A stretch of DNA of 25,062 nucleotides from Thermoproteota archaeon (GCA_027492205.1 JAOZFN010000015.1:1-25062), one strand, 5' to 3'; shown: positions 1-16,750, numbered from the stretch's first letter. Numbers and translations: made by a program. Notes: a model not told the origin generated them from the letters alone.

Positions 1-234
1 CTGGATATGTTTTCCCTGTACCCCCTCATGACCCTCTACTGGAGCTACCCGTGGTACTGGCTCTGGCTCTGGTCCTACTCTTGGTACCCGTGGTACTGGA
101 GCTACCCGTGGTACTGGCTCTGGTGGCCCACGTCAACCTCGGGCGGGTGGTGGAAGATCGCCGCGCTGCCGATCCTGGGGGGACTCCTGCTCGGGACCTA
201 CTGGGCGCTCCCGTGGCTCCTCCTGTGGTGGTGA
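1..234 (+). CDS. Trp/Tyr/Pro-rich hydrophobic protein, possibly the 3' end of a gene truncated by the window edge (first ATG at 7)
   Basis: Frame 1 is open from base 1 to TGA at 232-234 with GC-rich third positions (tac tgg agc tac ccg tgg). It has 18 Trp and 10 Tyr in 75 aa and a C-terminal hydrophobic stretch. The stop overlaps an SD-like ggtgagg just before the next ATG at 240. Confidence 0.55.
   Translation: MDMFSLYPLMTLYWSYPWYWLWLWSYSWYPWYWSYPWYWLWWPTSTSGGWWKIAALPILGGLLLGTYWALPWLLLWW
37..123 (+). repeat. 30-bp perfect direct repeat TACTGGAGCTACCCGTGGTACTGGCTCTGG (37-66 and 94-123), encoding YWSYPWYWLW twice
   Basis: Read directly from the sequence. Confidence 0.9.
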
Positions 235-239
235 GGCGG

Positions 240-830
240 ATGGTGTGGGCCGGTCTCCTGGGGAAGGTGGCGGTCGCCACGGACGACCCTGGCGGGCTTG
301 ACGCGAGGGTCTCGGACTCGCTTGGGGATGCCTCGGCGATCACGGTCGTGGACCCCTCCACCTGGGAGGTCGAGGTGATTCCCGTGGATCCCGGGGAGAG
401 GGACCCCCGCCGCGTGGCGGGCGTTCTCAGAGGCTCCGGGGCCTACATCCTCATAACTGGGCTCGTGAGCCCGGTCGAGGCCGCGGAGCTGGCCAGGTCC
501 GGGGTGTGGGTCCTCCCGGGGATGGCCGGGGTGACTGCGAGGGAGGCCGTCGAGGCGGCCGCCGGCGCGGCCGCGGCTGGACCCTGGCTGCCTCCGGCGG
601 CCGCCCCCTGGCCTCAGTTCCCCGCGCAGTTCCCCGCGCGCTACCCCGCGCCCGTGGTGCCCCCCAGGCCGCCGGAGCACCTGATAGAGAGGCAGAGGGA
701 GGCGCTGGAGTTCCAGCGATGGGTGCTCCAGAGGCAGCTCGAGATCCTGGACAAGCAGAGGGAGATACTGCAGCGGCAGCTGCTCATGATCAGGAAGGCG
801 CTCAACGAGCTGGAGGGGCGTACTGAGTGA
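240..830 (+). CDS. NifB/NifX (FeMo-cofactor-binding family)-like domain, Pro-rich linker and C-terminal coiled coil (DUF5320-like tail)
   Basis: KVAVATDDPGGLDARVS..G.A..ITVVD, LITG..SP.....L...GVWV..G..G.TAREAVE match the NifX/IssA-like pattern. The tail PPRPPE..ERQREALEFQRWVLQRQLE..IRKALNELE is a coiled coil. Start at ATG 240 is preferred over 51 because of the SD and because 51-239 is an off-frame reading of the upstream gene. Confidence 0.7.
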   Translation: MVWAGLLGKVAVATDDPGGLDARVSDSLGDASAITVVDPSTWEVEVIPVDPGERDPRRVAGVLRGSGAYILITGLVSPVEAAELARSGVWVLPGMAGVTAREAVEAAAGAAAAGPWLPPAAAPWPQFPAQFPARYPAPVVPPRPPEHLIERQREALEFQRWVLQRQLEILDKQREILQRQLLMIRKALNELEGRTE

Positions 831-834
831 CCTC

Positions 835-861
835 TGGGGGGAACCCCCCACTCCCTCTTTT
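835..861 (+). terminator. Putative terminator: TGGGGGG-AA-CCCCCCA hairpin followed by a pyrimidine/T run
   Basis: Perfect 7-bp inverted repeat at 835-850 just after the stop at 830, followed by ctccctctttt. Confidence 0.45.
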
Positions 862-946
862 CCATGGAGAGAGGCGAGCCCCGCCTGCGCGCCTGCCGGG
901 GGCTCGGGAGAGGGCCAGCGGGCCCCCCGAGGGAGAGGCTTCGCCC

Positions 947-1480
947 TCAATCCCTGAAGACCCGCCGACACTCCTTCTCTGCGGAGATGAGCTCATCTGG
1001 CCTTATCACGGAGATGGCCGTGACTAGACCCACGGTCCCCCACCAGGACCACCTTGTCTGGGCTCTCCAGACCTACTCCTCCGTCGAACCTCGCCGCCAC
1101 GGCCCTGATGACGTCCATGGGGTGAAGCCGAGTGTGCCTCTCCTCCACCGTGACCTGTGGGTCTCACCCTCGGCTATCCTGCCTGAGGGCCTCCTGCGGC
1201 CTCCGAGATATTCTCGACGCCAGTTTCCGCCACCTCATCAACCGGGATGGTCCTCCTCACGTTGACCAGGTCGAATGACCTCTCCCGGCCATCCTCCTGG
1301 GCCCCTCTATCACCCTGGCCCTGCTCAAAGAGGTCCTCACAAAGACGATCCCTCTCACGGTGCTTGGCCGGGCCTCAGGATCCGGGCCCCCTAGACCTCT
1401 GAGGGCCGACTCTATCGTGTGCCGCGGCCAGCTCCATGTCCCGGGGTCGTGACTATCAGGTCAAACAAGGTGCCAGGCAT
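947..1480 (-). pseudogene. THUMP-domain RNA-binding protein (archaeal Tan1-like), multiply frameshifted
   Basis: Joining minus-strand frames gives MPGTLFDLIVTT/PRDMELAAA/IESALRGLGGPDPEARPSTVRGIVFVRTSLSRARVIEGPRRMA/ERSFDLVNVRRTIPVDEVAETGVENISEAA/GRIAEGETHR/VTVEERHTRLHPMDVIRAVAARFDGGVGLESPDKVVLV/TVGLVTAISVIRPDELISAEKECRRVFRD*. The C-terminal half matches the THUMP pattern (F.VTVEKRH..L.S.DVI..VA....KVDLE.PDKVVLVE). About 6 frameshifts are needed. Confidence 0.8.
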
Positions 1481-1591
1481 GCGATGGGTGGTGCCGCGAG
1501 GAGAGTTATTAGCGCTCCGCCCTCGAGCCCTGAGGCGTTAAGGCAGCCGCGGAGCGGCCCCACGGCCGCGGGACCCCCGCCGCCGAGCCTT

Positions 1592-1693
1592 CCAAACGCC
1601 GCAGTTGACAACTTCATAGTTTACATAGAGTTAAGAGTAATTCAGGTGAAGGTGGGGCAGAGGTCCGAATATTTTGTCCACTACATGGTTAAC
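1592..1693 (+). promoter_or_regulatory. AT-rich promoter with three operator-like pseudo-palindromes: CCAAAC-N6-GTTGAC (1592-1609), GACAAC-N6-GTTTAC (1607-1624), GTCCAC-N6-GTTAAC (1676-1693)
   Basis: Motifs read directly. They overlap TATA-like TTTACATA (1620-1627). SD-like GGAGGGGG at 1701-1708 precedes the GTG start at 1713. Confidence 0.55.
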
Positions 1694-1712
1694 ATGGGTG
1701 GGAGGGGGTTAG

Positions 1713-7728
<6,016 letters not shown>

Positions 7729-7736
<8 letters not shown>

Positions 7737-9468
7737 CTCTCAACCTCCCCTCAGGAGCGGCCTCGGCCGCCCTCTGCTCGGCAACCTCCCTCAGGGATGA
7801 CAGCACGAGGGACAGGGACGCGGCAACCTCGTGCGCCGCCTTGGGGTGCCTGTCGAACGTGTCGTAGGCCCTCCTGAGCCCGGTCATGCAGGCCTCAACG
7901 ACGGCCCTGGCGAGTTCGACGTCCATCTCCGCCATGCTCATATCTGAGATTATTGAGGAAACCGCCTTCGCCTGCGCCTCGACCTTGACCAGCTCCTTCA
8001 GGGTCTCAATCCTCATCTCCTCCCCGTTCACGGCCCTCAGCTCGGCGGCGAGCCTGCTCCTCTCGAGCCTCAGCTCCTCAACCTCGTTCCTCAGCCTGGC
8101 GACCTCCCTCCTCAGCAGATCGACGCCCTGGGCGTACTCTTGACTTGGGGTGGGGCCCTCCGTCAGCCAGGACACGCATGCTCGGATTATCTCGTAGTGC
8201 CCGTCCCTCCAGTAGCTGTGGCTCCTGAAGGGCCAGTCCTCTCCGATGACCACGACCCTGCCCTCGCCCCTGGTGGCCGCGGCCAGGACGCAGCTGAACC
8301 CCCCGAACCTGCCCCAGAGGGCCACCTCGACGGCCGGCCTGGAGACCCTCATTGGGAGGGGCTTGGATAGGTGGAACCTGCTGAGCATGGCGCCGAGGGG
8401 GTGAGTCGGGTCCCACTCGAACTCCCCCCTGCCGCGGACAGGCGTCCTGTTCATCCTGACCCCGAACCTCTCGAGGAGCGCGTTTATCCTGTCCAGCCTG
8501 TCGGCCCTGGAGCGGTCGAACAGGACCAGGAGCCCGCCCCCCCTCTCCACAAACCTCTCCAGCGACTCGACCTGCTCGGCGGTCGGCTCGGAGGGGAGGT
8601 CCAGCAGGATCAGGACGTCCGGCGGGGGGCCCGCAGGTATCTCCTCGGAGACCTCGACGCCGTAACCCACCGCGTAGAGGTCCCAGGCCATCCTGTAGAA
8701 TCCCTCGTCGTCCTCCGGGCTGAGGCTAACGGGCGGGTAGATCGTGATCCTCTTCCTCTTGCCCATCCTCCTCCTGAGACCCAACAGCCAGGAGATGAGG
8801 CCGCGGGCCAGTATCCTGTTGTCGTACTCCGCTATGTAGTCGTCCGACAGGAAGTCCGAGTCTCCGACTACGAATACCCTGCCGCTCCCGACCTCAGAGG
8901 CCGCGGCGAGGGTCGGAAATCCCTCCTGAGCCACCTCGCCGGACTCCCTGACCGCGACCGCCGTCATGCCTCCGTAGCACACGGGCTTGGCCAGAGAGGG
9001 ATCCCTCACCTCCAGGGAGGAGGGAGCGTGAAAGCACACCTTGTAGGCCCCCTCGCAGGCCGGATGCTCCCTGAGGATCTCGCTGGTCACCGGGGTCTCC
9101 TCTAGCCCCCCATGACAGCTCCTCGGGTCCCTGACCAGGTCCCCGTTGACGCTCACCCCGGCCCACTCCAGCCGGGGCCGGGCGCCCCCCCTCCCGCACC
9201 CGGCGAAGGCGAGCCCCCCGCCCCTCTCGACGAAGGACCTGAGCAGATCGACGTCCTCCAGGGGGGAGGACAGCGGGCCCAGCACGAGCAGGATGGAGGC
9301 CTCTATGAGCAGTTCCTCCAGCTGCTGAGGGCTCTCGGCCACCTCGACCTCGCAGCCCAGCTCTGAGAACACCCTGAGGAGCTCCGAGAACCTCCTCCTG
9401 AACTCCTCCTGGGTAAGCCCAGCGTGGTGGAGGTCGACGACCGCCAGCCTCACCACTTCACTCCTCAC
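7729..9468 (-). CDS. Cytoplasmic protein with two tandem GIFT (GldG/IFT52-like) domains and a C-terminal coiled coil/helical bundle
   Basis: Two copies of the pattern: LRSFVERGGGL...GSGRVFVVGDSDFLSDDYIAEYDNRILARGLISWL and LERFVERGGGLLVL..INALLERFGV...GEGRVVVIG...ACVSWL. No signal peptide. Coiled coil LRREVARLRNEVEELRLERSRLAAEL. Start and stop overlap both neighbours. Confidence 0.8.
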
Positions 9469-9817
9469 TTCCGCCTGTCACCTCCATAGCCTCTCGCTCC
9501 CTCTGGAGCTCATACAAGAAGCCCAGCAGCTTCTTACCCAGGACTGAGATTCTGTACTCCCTGCGCCTTCCCCCTCCGTTCACCTCCTCTATGAGCCCAG
9601 CCCTCCTGAGGGTCGCGCAGGCCTTGTGAACCGCCTGCCGAGTGACGCCATTCTCCGCACTCAGCATTCCGTAGAGCTCGGCCTGCGTGTGAGGGCCGAG
9701 GAGGAGGGCCTTCATTATCTTAAACCTGAGCTTGTCTCCCTTTGAGGGGAACAGGGCCCTGCCCATCTCTATTATCGCGTTGTCCTCCTCCGAGAGGACC
9801 ACCCGCCTCAGGCTCAT
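9458..9817 (-). CDS. ArsR-like winged-helix transcriptional regulator
   Basis: LRFKIMKALLLGPHTQAEL...VTRQAVHKACATLRRAGLIEE...RREYRISVLG. It is the first gene of the minus-strand operon, and its stop overlaps the next GTG. Confidence 0.85.
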   Translation of the reverse strand: MSLRRVVLSEEDNAIIEMGRALFPSKGDKLRFKIMKALLLGPHTQAELYGMLSAENGVTRQAVHKACATLRRAGLIEEVNGGGRRREYRISVLGKKLLGFLYELQREREAMEVTGGSEE

Positions 9818-9841
9818 GGTCGGTGTTCCTGCCGGGGGCAG

Positions 9842-9908
9842 GTTAAAACTGTTAGTTTACAGGGGGTTCGGGGCTCCCTGTTTGAAATTGATCAACCAGA
9901 AAGTTGAC
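9842..9908 (-). promoter_or_regulatory. Promoter of the regulator/GIFT operon: TATA-like TTTTAA (9843-9848, minus) and operator-like GTCAAC-N6-GTTGAT (9891-9908, minus) and GTAAAC-N5-GTTTTA (9844-9860, minus)
   Basis: AT-rich island. The TATA-like box lies about 25-30 nt before ATG 9817, consistent with a leaderless or short-leader mRNA. Same motif family as 1592-1693. Confidence 0.55.
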
Positions 9909-10034
9909 ATATCCGGTTCGGGGGGCTCTGACGCTGCGTGGGCACCTGACCCTCGCGTCGGCCGGGACTTGGCGCTCAAGCGCGCCGCGGGGCGCCGCAG
10001 GCACCCCCGAGGCTCGGAGGTGGAGAGGCCGCTC

Positions 10035-10480
10035 GTGGTCCGAGGGAGACGACGTTGAACTCCCTCGAGGGGCGTCGGTCTCCCCCAGCATCCCTGCCTC
10101 TCCTGAACACCGGCTCCCGCGTAGACCTCCCGGCCGCTAAGACGTAGCAGTCCTTGAGGGCGAGCCCCGCACCTCGGCTTCACCCCGGACGCCTAATCGC
10201 CACCGCCGGATCCTCCTCCTCGACGGCCACGGTCGGCCCCCACGGTCACCTGACGGGCTTGTCCGCTCGCTCCGCCAGTCCCCAAGCTCAATCCCCTGTA
10301 TATCCCTGGCCGAGACGCAGCGGGTCTCTGCCACCGCAGAGTGGGGTATTATCGCCCGATCCACCCGCTGAAGATGCCGCCCAGGACCGATCTGCGAGGT
10401 CGTGGTCCCCCCGGGGGACGATGTACCCCCCAGGACCCGTGTCCAGCACCCACCTGGCGGGGAGCGCTGGCCGGGCACAC
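10035..10480 (-). pseudogene. PIN-domain (VapC-like) nuclease, multiply frameshifted; coordinates approximate
   Basis: Joined minus-strand frames read LPARWVLDTG..GYI.../RSVLGGIFSG/RAIIPHSAVAETRCVSAR/IYRGLSL.../EEDPAVAI/ASGVKPRC/GLALKDCYVLAAGRSTREPVFRR/EAGMLGE../REFNVVSL. This matches the archaeal PIN pattern VLDTG..EY / IIPH.V.AETYYV..RIY / GLAL.DCYVLA / PVFR..E.EM. Confidence 0.75.
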
Positions 10481-10669
10481 CCAGATCTGTCGGCGACATC
10501 CCGGCCTCCCGCAGCTCCTCCCGGCGATTTGGGGGCCACCTCGGCGAGGATCCTTACGGGACGCCGGCTTGACCGGTAGCGCTCTCCGCCGTCCTCGACC
10601 CTGGCCCCAATCTCACGCGAGGCCAGCTTTTTCCGATAGGGGGGAGGGAGGAGTGCCCCACCCCTCTCT

Positions 10670-12952
<2,283 letters not shown>

Positions 12953-12999
12953 TCAGGGTGCCAAACCCCCATTGACAATCAAACCATTCCAGCCGTGAA

Positions 13000-13012
13000 C
13001 GTAAAAAAGTCG
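13000..13012 (-). terminator. Oligo-T terminator-like signal after hsp20
   Basis: Minus strand reads ACTTTTTTAC about 15 nt after the hsp20 stop. Confidence 0.45.
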
Positions 13013-13023
13013 GGGGATGTGGC

Positions 13024-13524
13024 TCACTCGACCTTGATCCTGGTGCCCTTCTGCCTGACCTCCCGCCTCGGCTTGAACGTTATCTCCAGCACGCCGTTGT
13101 TGTAGCTGGCCTTCGCGCTGGCAACGTCCACCTCCACCGGCAGGTCAACGACGGCCCTGTACTTCCTGTCGCCCCTCTCGGCCCTGATCTCTACGCTGCG
13201 CTCGGTGGCGTTGACGTCTATGTCCTCCCTGCTGACGCCCGGGAGCTCGGCGATTACCCTGACCTGGTTGGCTTTCTCGTCCAGTATCACGTCTACGAAG
13301 GGCGTCCTGTACCCCTCCTCAGCCTTGGGGACGTTGCCGAAGGTCCTGACCACCGGGACCCCCTCCGGCCCTATGGTGACGCTGAAGCCGTAGACGTACG
13401 GTCCTATGACCTCCCCTCGCCCGCTGCCGACGGAGCTGAACATCCTGTCGAGCTCCATCTCAAACCTCTCGAACTCCCTCTCGAGGTCCTCCATGATCCT
13501 CCTGAACCACCTGCTCCAGTACAT
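13024..13524 (-). CDS. hsp20: Small heat-shock protein, archaeal Hsp20
   Basis: GPYVYGFSVTIGPEGVPVVRTFGNV, PFVDV, VIAELPGV, AKASYNNGVLEI and a C-terminal IKVE (IxI/V) motif. Confidence 0.97.
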   Translation of the reverse strand: MYWSRWFRRIMEDLEREFERFEMELDRMFSSVGSGRGEVIGPYVYGFSVTIGPEGVPVVRTFGNVPKAEEGYRTPFVDVILDEKANQVRVIAELPGVSREDIDVNATERSVEIRAERGDRKYRAVVDLPVEVDVASAKASYNNGVLEITFKPRREVRQKGTRIKVE

Positions 13525-13556
13525 GTCCTCACCCCCCTCGACCCTCGTTCTCCATA

Positions 13557-13587
13557 GTAACCGAATGGTTACACTACCATATATAAA
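13557..13587 (-). promoter_or_regulatory. hsp20 promoter: TATA box TTTATATA (13580-13587, minus) and perfect palindrome GTAACC-N4-GGTTAC (13557-13572), a probable repressor operator
   Basis: The palindrome lies just downstream of the TATA box. It resembles the CTAAC-N5-GTTAG type site known for Archaeoglobus HSR1. Confidence 0.7.
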
Positions 13588-14074
13588 CCTTGCGTCTCGC
13601 GGCCCGCTCTCTGAGCCACAGGACGTAAGCCTCCAGATCCGAGAGCTCCGATAGGGCCTCTTCCGTGAGCTTCAAGGCGGCCTCAGGGTCTCTCTCGACC
13701 AGAGACTCGCCCTCCTCCATCAATCTCTTCACGGCCTCGATCGACACCCTCTCCGGCCTGGCCGGGGAGGAGGTGCGGAGCAGAACCCCTCCCCTGCCCA
13801 CGTGAACGGAGAGGTGAACCGATCGGTTCAGCATGTAGAAAGTCCTGGGAGGTCCCCTCGGCCCCTTCTGCTCTCGGAGGGGGGAGACTATGCCCAGCTG
13901 GGACAGGGCCTCGAGGTGCTTAAGCACGGCCTGCCTCGTCATCTCCATCTGCCTGGCCAGCTCCTCCAGGTACACGGGCTCTTCGGCAAGTATCTCCAGT
14001 ATCCTCAGCCTCGTCTCGCTTGACAGCAGCTTCATAAGCTCCAAAAGCTCCTTTAGGGCATAGTCTCCCGCCAT
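13574..14074 (-). CDS. ArsR-family heat-shock regulator (HSR1/Phr-like)
   Basis: LSSETRLRILEILAEEPVYLEELARQMEMTRQAVLKHLEALSQLGIV...GPPRTFY.L...V.L.V. Clustered with hsp20 and cdc48, as known for the Archaeoglobus HSR1 locus. Confidence 0.85.
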   Translation of the reverse strand: MAGDYALKELLELMKLLSSETRLRILEILAEEPVYLEELARQMEMTRQAVLKHLEALSQLGIVSPLREQKGPRGPPRTFYMLNRSVHLSVHVGRGGVLLRTSSPARPERVSIEAVKRLMEEGESLVERDPEAALKLTEEALSELSDLEAYVLWLRERAARRKVYIW

Positions 14075-14100
14075 TCTGTGATGTCAACCTCTCTCGGGAA

Positions 14101-14119
14101 CTATAAACCTTTCCGTTAC
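14101..14119 (-). promoter_or_regulatory. Regulator promoter: TATA TTTATAG (14101-14107, minus) overlapped by GTAAC-N6-GTTTA (putative autoregulatory operator)
   Basis: Plus strand TAAAC-CTTTCC-GTTAC at 14104-14119 has the same spacing as the hsp20 operator. Confidence 0.55.
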
Positions 14120-14163
14120 TATGCTGGCGAGCGGTTTTAGGCGGGCCCCGCGCCCGGGGAGGG

Positions 14164-15009
14164 ATGTCCCTGCCCCTGATCCGGGAGGCGGCCCCGTCCG
14201 ACAGGAGGCAAGTGGCCGAGATGCTGGCGGAGGTCTGGGGTGGAGGCGACTACATCATGGGGGTGTGGAGGGAGTGGCTTTCTTCCCCCTCCGGAGATCT
14301 GCTCGTGGCTGAGGTCGACGGGAGGGTCGTCGGGATCATGTACGTCGAGTACAGGCCCGCCGGCGAGGCCTACCTGGCAGGCGCCAGGGTGCACCCCAGG
14401 TACAGGAGGAGGGGGATCGCGGCCCAGCTCACCCTTGAGTGCCTGGAGCGCGCGAGGTCTCGAGGTAAGACCCTGGCGACGTTGGCCACCTCGGTGAGGA
14501 ACCTGGCGGCCCAGAGGCTGGCCGAGAAGCTCGGGTTCAGGCTGAGGGCGAGGGTCGTCCGGGTGCGCGCCTCGCCCCTATCCAGGGGGCAGGTCGATCG
14601 GGTGAGGCCCCTCGAGCCCGAGGAGGCAGGCTACGCGGAGATGTGGGCCAGGGAGAGGGACGGGAGGCCTCTGAAGTTCGACTGGTACTCCTACTCTACC
14701 CTCACTGCGGATGACCTGCGCCTCTACGCCGAAGAGGGGTTCGCGTTCGCGGTGGGAAGGTACGATGGGCTTGCCCTCTGGCAGCCGTACTCGTTCGGCG
14801 GGCCGTTCCTCATGCTGGACTACCTGTCGGGGTCTAGGGAGGCAGCCAGGGAGCTTGGAGTCCTCGCGCGGCTCGAGGCCAGGAGATTCAAACTCGAGAG
14901 AGTCTACGGGCAAGTGAGGGCCTCGGAGGATACCCTAAAAGGCCTCGTGGAAGCTGGATTCAGGCACCCCAAGACCAGGGGAATGCTAGTCTACGAGAGG
15001 CCCCTCTGA
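14164..15009 (+). CDS. GNAT-family N-acetyltransferase
   Basis: LLVAEVDGRVVG, YLAGARVHPRYRRRGIA (acetyl-CoA motif A), N..AQRLAEKLGF, plus a second degenerate GNAT-like half. Confidence 0.9.
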   Translation: MSLPLIREAAPSDRRQVAEMLAEVWGGGDYIMGVWREWLSSPSGDLLVAEVDGRVVGIMYVEYRPAGEAYLAGARVHPRYRRRGIAAQLTLECLERARSRGKTLATLATSVRNLAAQRLAEKLGFRLRARVVRVRASPLSRGQVDRVRPLEPEEAGYAEMWARERDGRPLKFDWYSYSTLTADDLRLYAEEGFAFAVGRYDGLALWQPYSFGGPFLMLDYLSGSREAARELGVLARLEARRFKLERVYGQVRASEDTLKGLVEAGFRHPKTRGMLVYERPL

Positions 15010-15018
15010 CCTCCGTGG

Positions 15019-15864
15019 TCAGCCGCGATAGTAGCACGGGTGGATGAGCACGTAGACGACCATGCCCGGCTGGGCCCTCCTCACCTGGTCGATCCACCTC
15101 TGGGGCTTCCCCATGTTGTCGGCGAAGTAGTAGTGCTCGTAGCTCCTCACGATGGGCAGGGCGGTGAGGTAGCACTCCGCCTCCAGGTCGAACTGTTCCA
15201 GCGTGAGGTTGGCCAGCTCCCACATCTCGTAGTTCCCCAAGGGCATGTCCGCCCTGTTCCCGTGGGCGCAGACCGTCTTGACCGGGGCCAGGGATCTCAT
15301 GATCTCCAGGTCGAGCCGGAAGTAATCCGCGGCCAAGGTCGCGTTGTAGCCGGCGGCGTAGAGGTCCTCGTAGTGCAGGCCCACGTCGAACCCCCAGCTG
15401 GCGAGGAGCCTCACGATGGCCGACACGTTCTCGCTGAGCACGTTGTACTCCGCCCTGGTCCGGAAATAGATTGAGGAGGTCAGGTTGTGCCTCCTCTCCA
15501 GCTCGGCTATCTTCAGCATCGTCCAAGGGTCGTGGTCCACATCGTGCCTCAGGATCACGACCACCTTGTCGCTGGGGATCGGCCCGTCAGAGAACCTCTC
15601 CACGAACTGCCTGACCGTCACGACCAAGTACCTGTCCCCGCTCAGCTCCTCGAAGAACCTGTCTAGGTACTCCAGTGAGAACGTGTCCTCGGAGCCCGGG
15701 TTGGATGCTGGCGGGCCCGCGGCCGGCGACACGGCCCCCCTGGATGGGGGTGGTGCGTACCCCTGGGCGGGGGCCGAGGGGGCGCGTCCGCTCAGAAGGA
15801 CCAGCGCCCCGACCGCCGACCCTGTGAGCAGGATCGACAGCAGGAGGACTCCGGCCCTAGACAC
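15019..15864 (-). CDS. Membrane-anchored polysaccharide deacetylase-like (NodB/CE4-fold) protein
   Basis: N-terminal TM/signal and Pro/Ala linker, then VILRHDVD, FDVGLHYE, CAHG and VLIHP motifs. Start overlaps the stop of the upstream gene. Confidence 0.7.
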   Translation of the reverse strand: MSRAGVLLLSILLTGSAVGALVLLSGRAPSAPAQGYAPPPSRGAVSPAAGPPASNPGSEDTFSLEYLDRFFEELSGDRYLVVTVRQFVERFSDGPIPSDKVVVILRHDVDHDPWTMLKIAELERRHNLTSSIYFRTRAEYNVLSENVSAIVRLLASWGFDVGLHYEDLYAAGYNATLAADYFRLDLEIMRSLAPVKTVCAHGNRADMPLGNYEMWELANLTLEQFDLEAECYLTALPIVRSYEHYYFADNMGKPQRWIDQVRRAQPGMVVYVLIHPCYYRG

Positions 15865-16750
15865 CCGCCCACACCTCTCCGTCCTTCACGTAGGCGACGG
15901 CCATCCTCGGAGTGTTGTACGCGTAGCCCACCCTGCCGGACCTGTCCAGAACTATGACCCCGCCGTACCCGTCCACCCTCCTAAGTAGGTCGACGGCGGC
16001 CTGGGCTGCGGCCTGGGCGGACAGGCCGGCGCCCAGCAGGTCCACCGTGGACTTGGCGAGCACCACCCTGATTATGGACTCCCCCAGGCCGGTGCATGCC
16101 ACGGCCCCCTTGAGCCCGTCGGCGTAGAGACCGCACCCTATGAGGGGGACGTCGCCCACCCTCCCGGGTAGCTTGTTGGGCACGCCTCCCGTGGAGAGGG
16201 CCGCCGCGAACCTCCCCTGGGAGTCAACGGCGACCGCCCCGACGGTGGAGTCCTTGGCGAACGCCTGCCTCGGGGAGAATCCCCTCTCCTTAGCCTCTCT
16301 CCACCTGGCGAGTTCCCTCTCTGTGACGAAGAACGAGGGATCGCACATCTCCAGGCCAAGCCTCTCGGCCAGCCTGTGGGCCCCCTCGCCCATCATGAGG
16401 ACGTGCTCGGTGTGCTCCATGACGGCCCGGGCGAGGCTCACGGGGTGCCTCACCCGGTTGACCGACCCGACGGCCCCCGCTGATAGGTTCGTCCCGTCCA
16501 TTATGGCTGCGTCCAGCTCTACCATGCCCTCCTGATTAAGGAACGAGCCCACGCCCGCGTCAAACGTCGGGTCGTCCTCCATGACCTTCACGGCGGCTTC
16601 GACCGCGTCGAGGGCCGAGCCGCCGTTGTTCAGGACCTTCCACCCCTCCAGGGCGGCCCTCCTGACACCCGCCCTGTGGGGCTCAACGAGGTCGTCCGGA
16701 ATGGCCCAAGCTCCGCCGTGAACGACGATCACCGGCCTCAGCGCGACCAC
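15857..16750 (-). CDS. iaaA: Isoaspartyl peptidase / L-asparaginase (Ntn-hydrolase, type 2)
   Basis: IVVHGGAW, SALDAVEAAV..MEDDPTFDAG.GS, ELDAAIMDG, nucleophile STVGAVA, STGG, PGRVGDVPLIGCG, TGLGE. Confidence 0.95.
   Translation of the reverse strand: MVALRPVIVVHGGAWAIPDDLVEPHRAGVRRAALEGWKVLNNGGSALDAVEAAVKVMEDDPTFDAGVGSFLNQEGMVELDAAIMDGTNLSAGAVGSVNRVRHPVSLARAVMEHTEHVLMMGEGAHRLAERLGLEMCDPSFFVTERELARWREAKERGFSPRQAFAKDSTVGAVAVDSQGRFAAALSTGGVPNKLPGRVGDVPLIGCGLYADGLKGAVACTGLGESIIRVVLAKSTVDLLGAGLSAQAAAQAAVDLLRRVDGYGGVIVLDRSGRVGYAYNTPRMAVAYVKDGEVWAGV

Noticed and set aside
37-123. Possible mini-CRISPR (30-bp repeats separated by 27 bp)
   Set aside because: Only two copies, the spacer is made of the same YPW/YSW codon motif, the period (57 bp) is in frame, and there are no cas genes or leader.
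51-239. N-terminal hydrophobic extension of the NifX-like ORF (51..830 as listed)
   Set aside because: It is the shifted reading of the Trp-rich frame-1 ORF, uses A/T-ending codons (gta, gct, cta) atypical here, and an SD plus ATG exists at 240.
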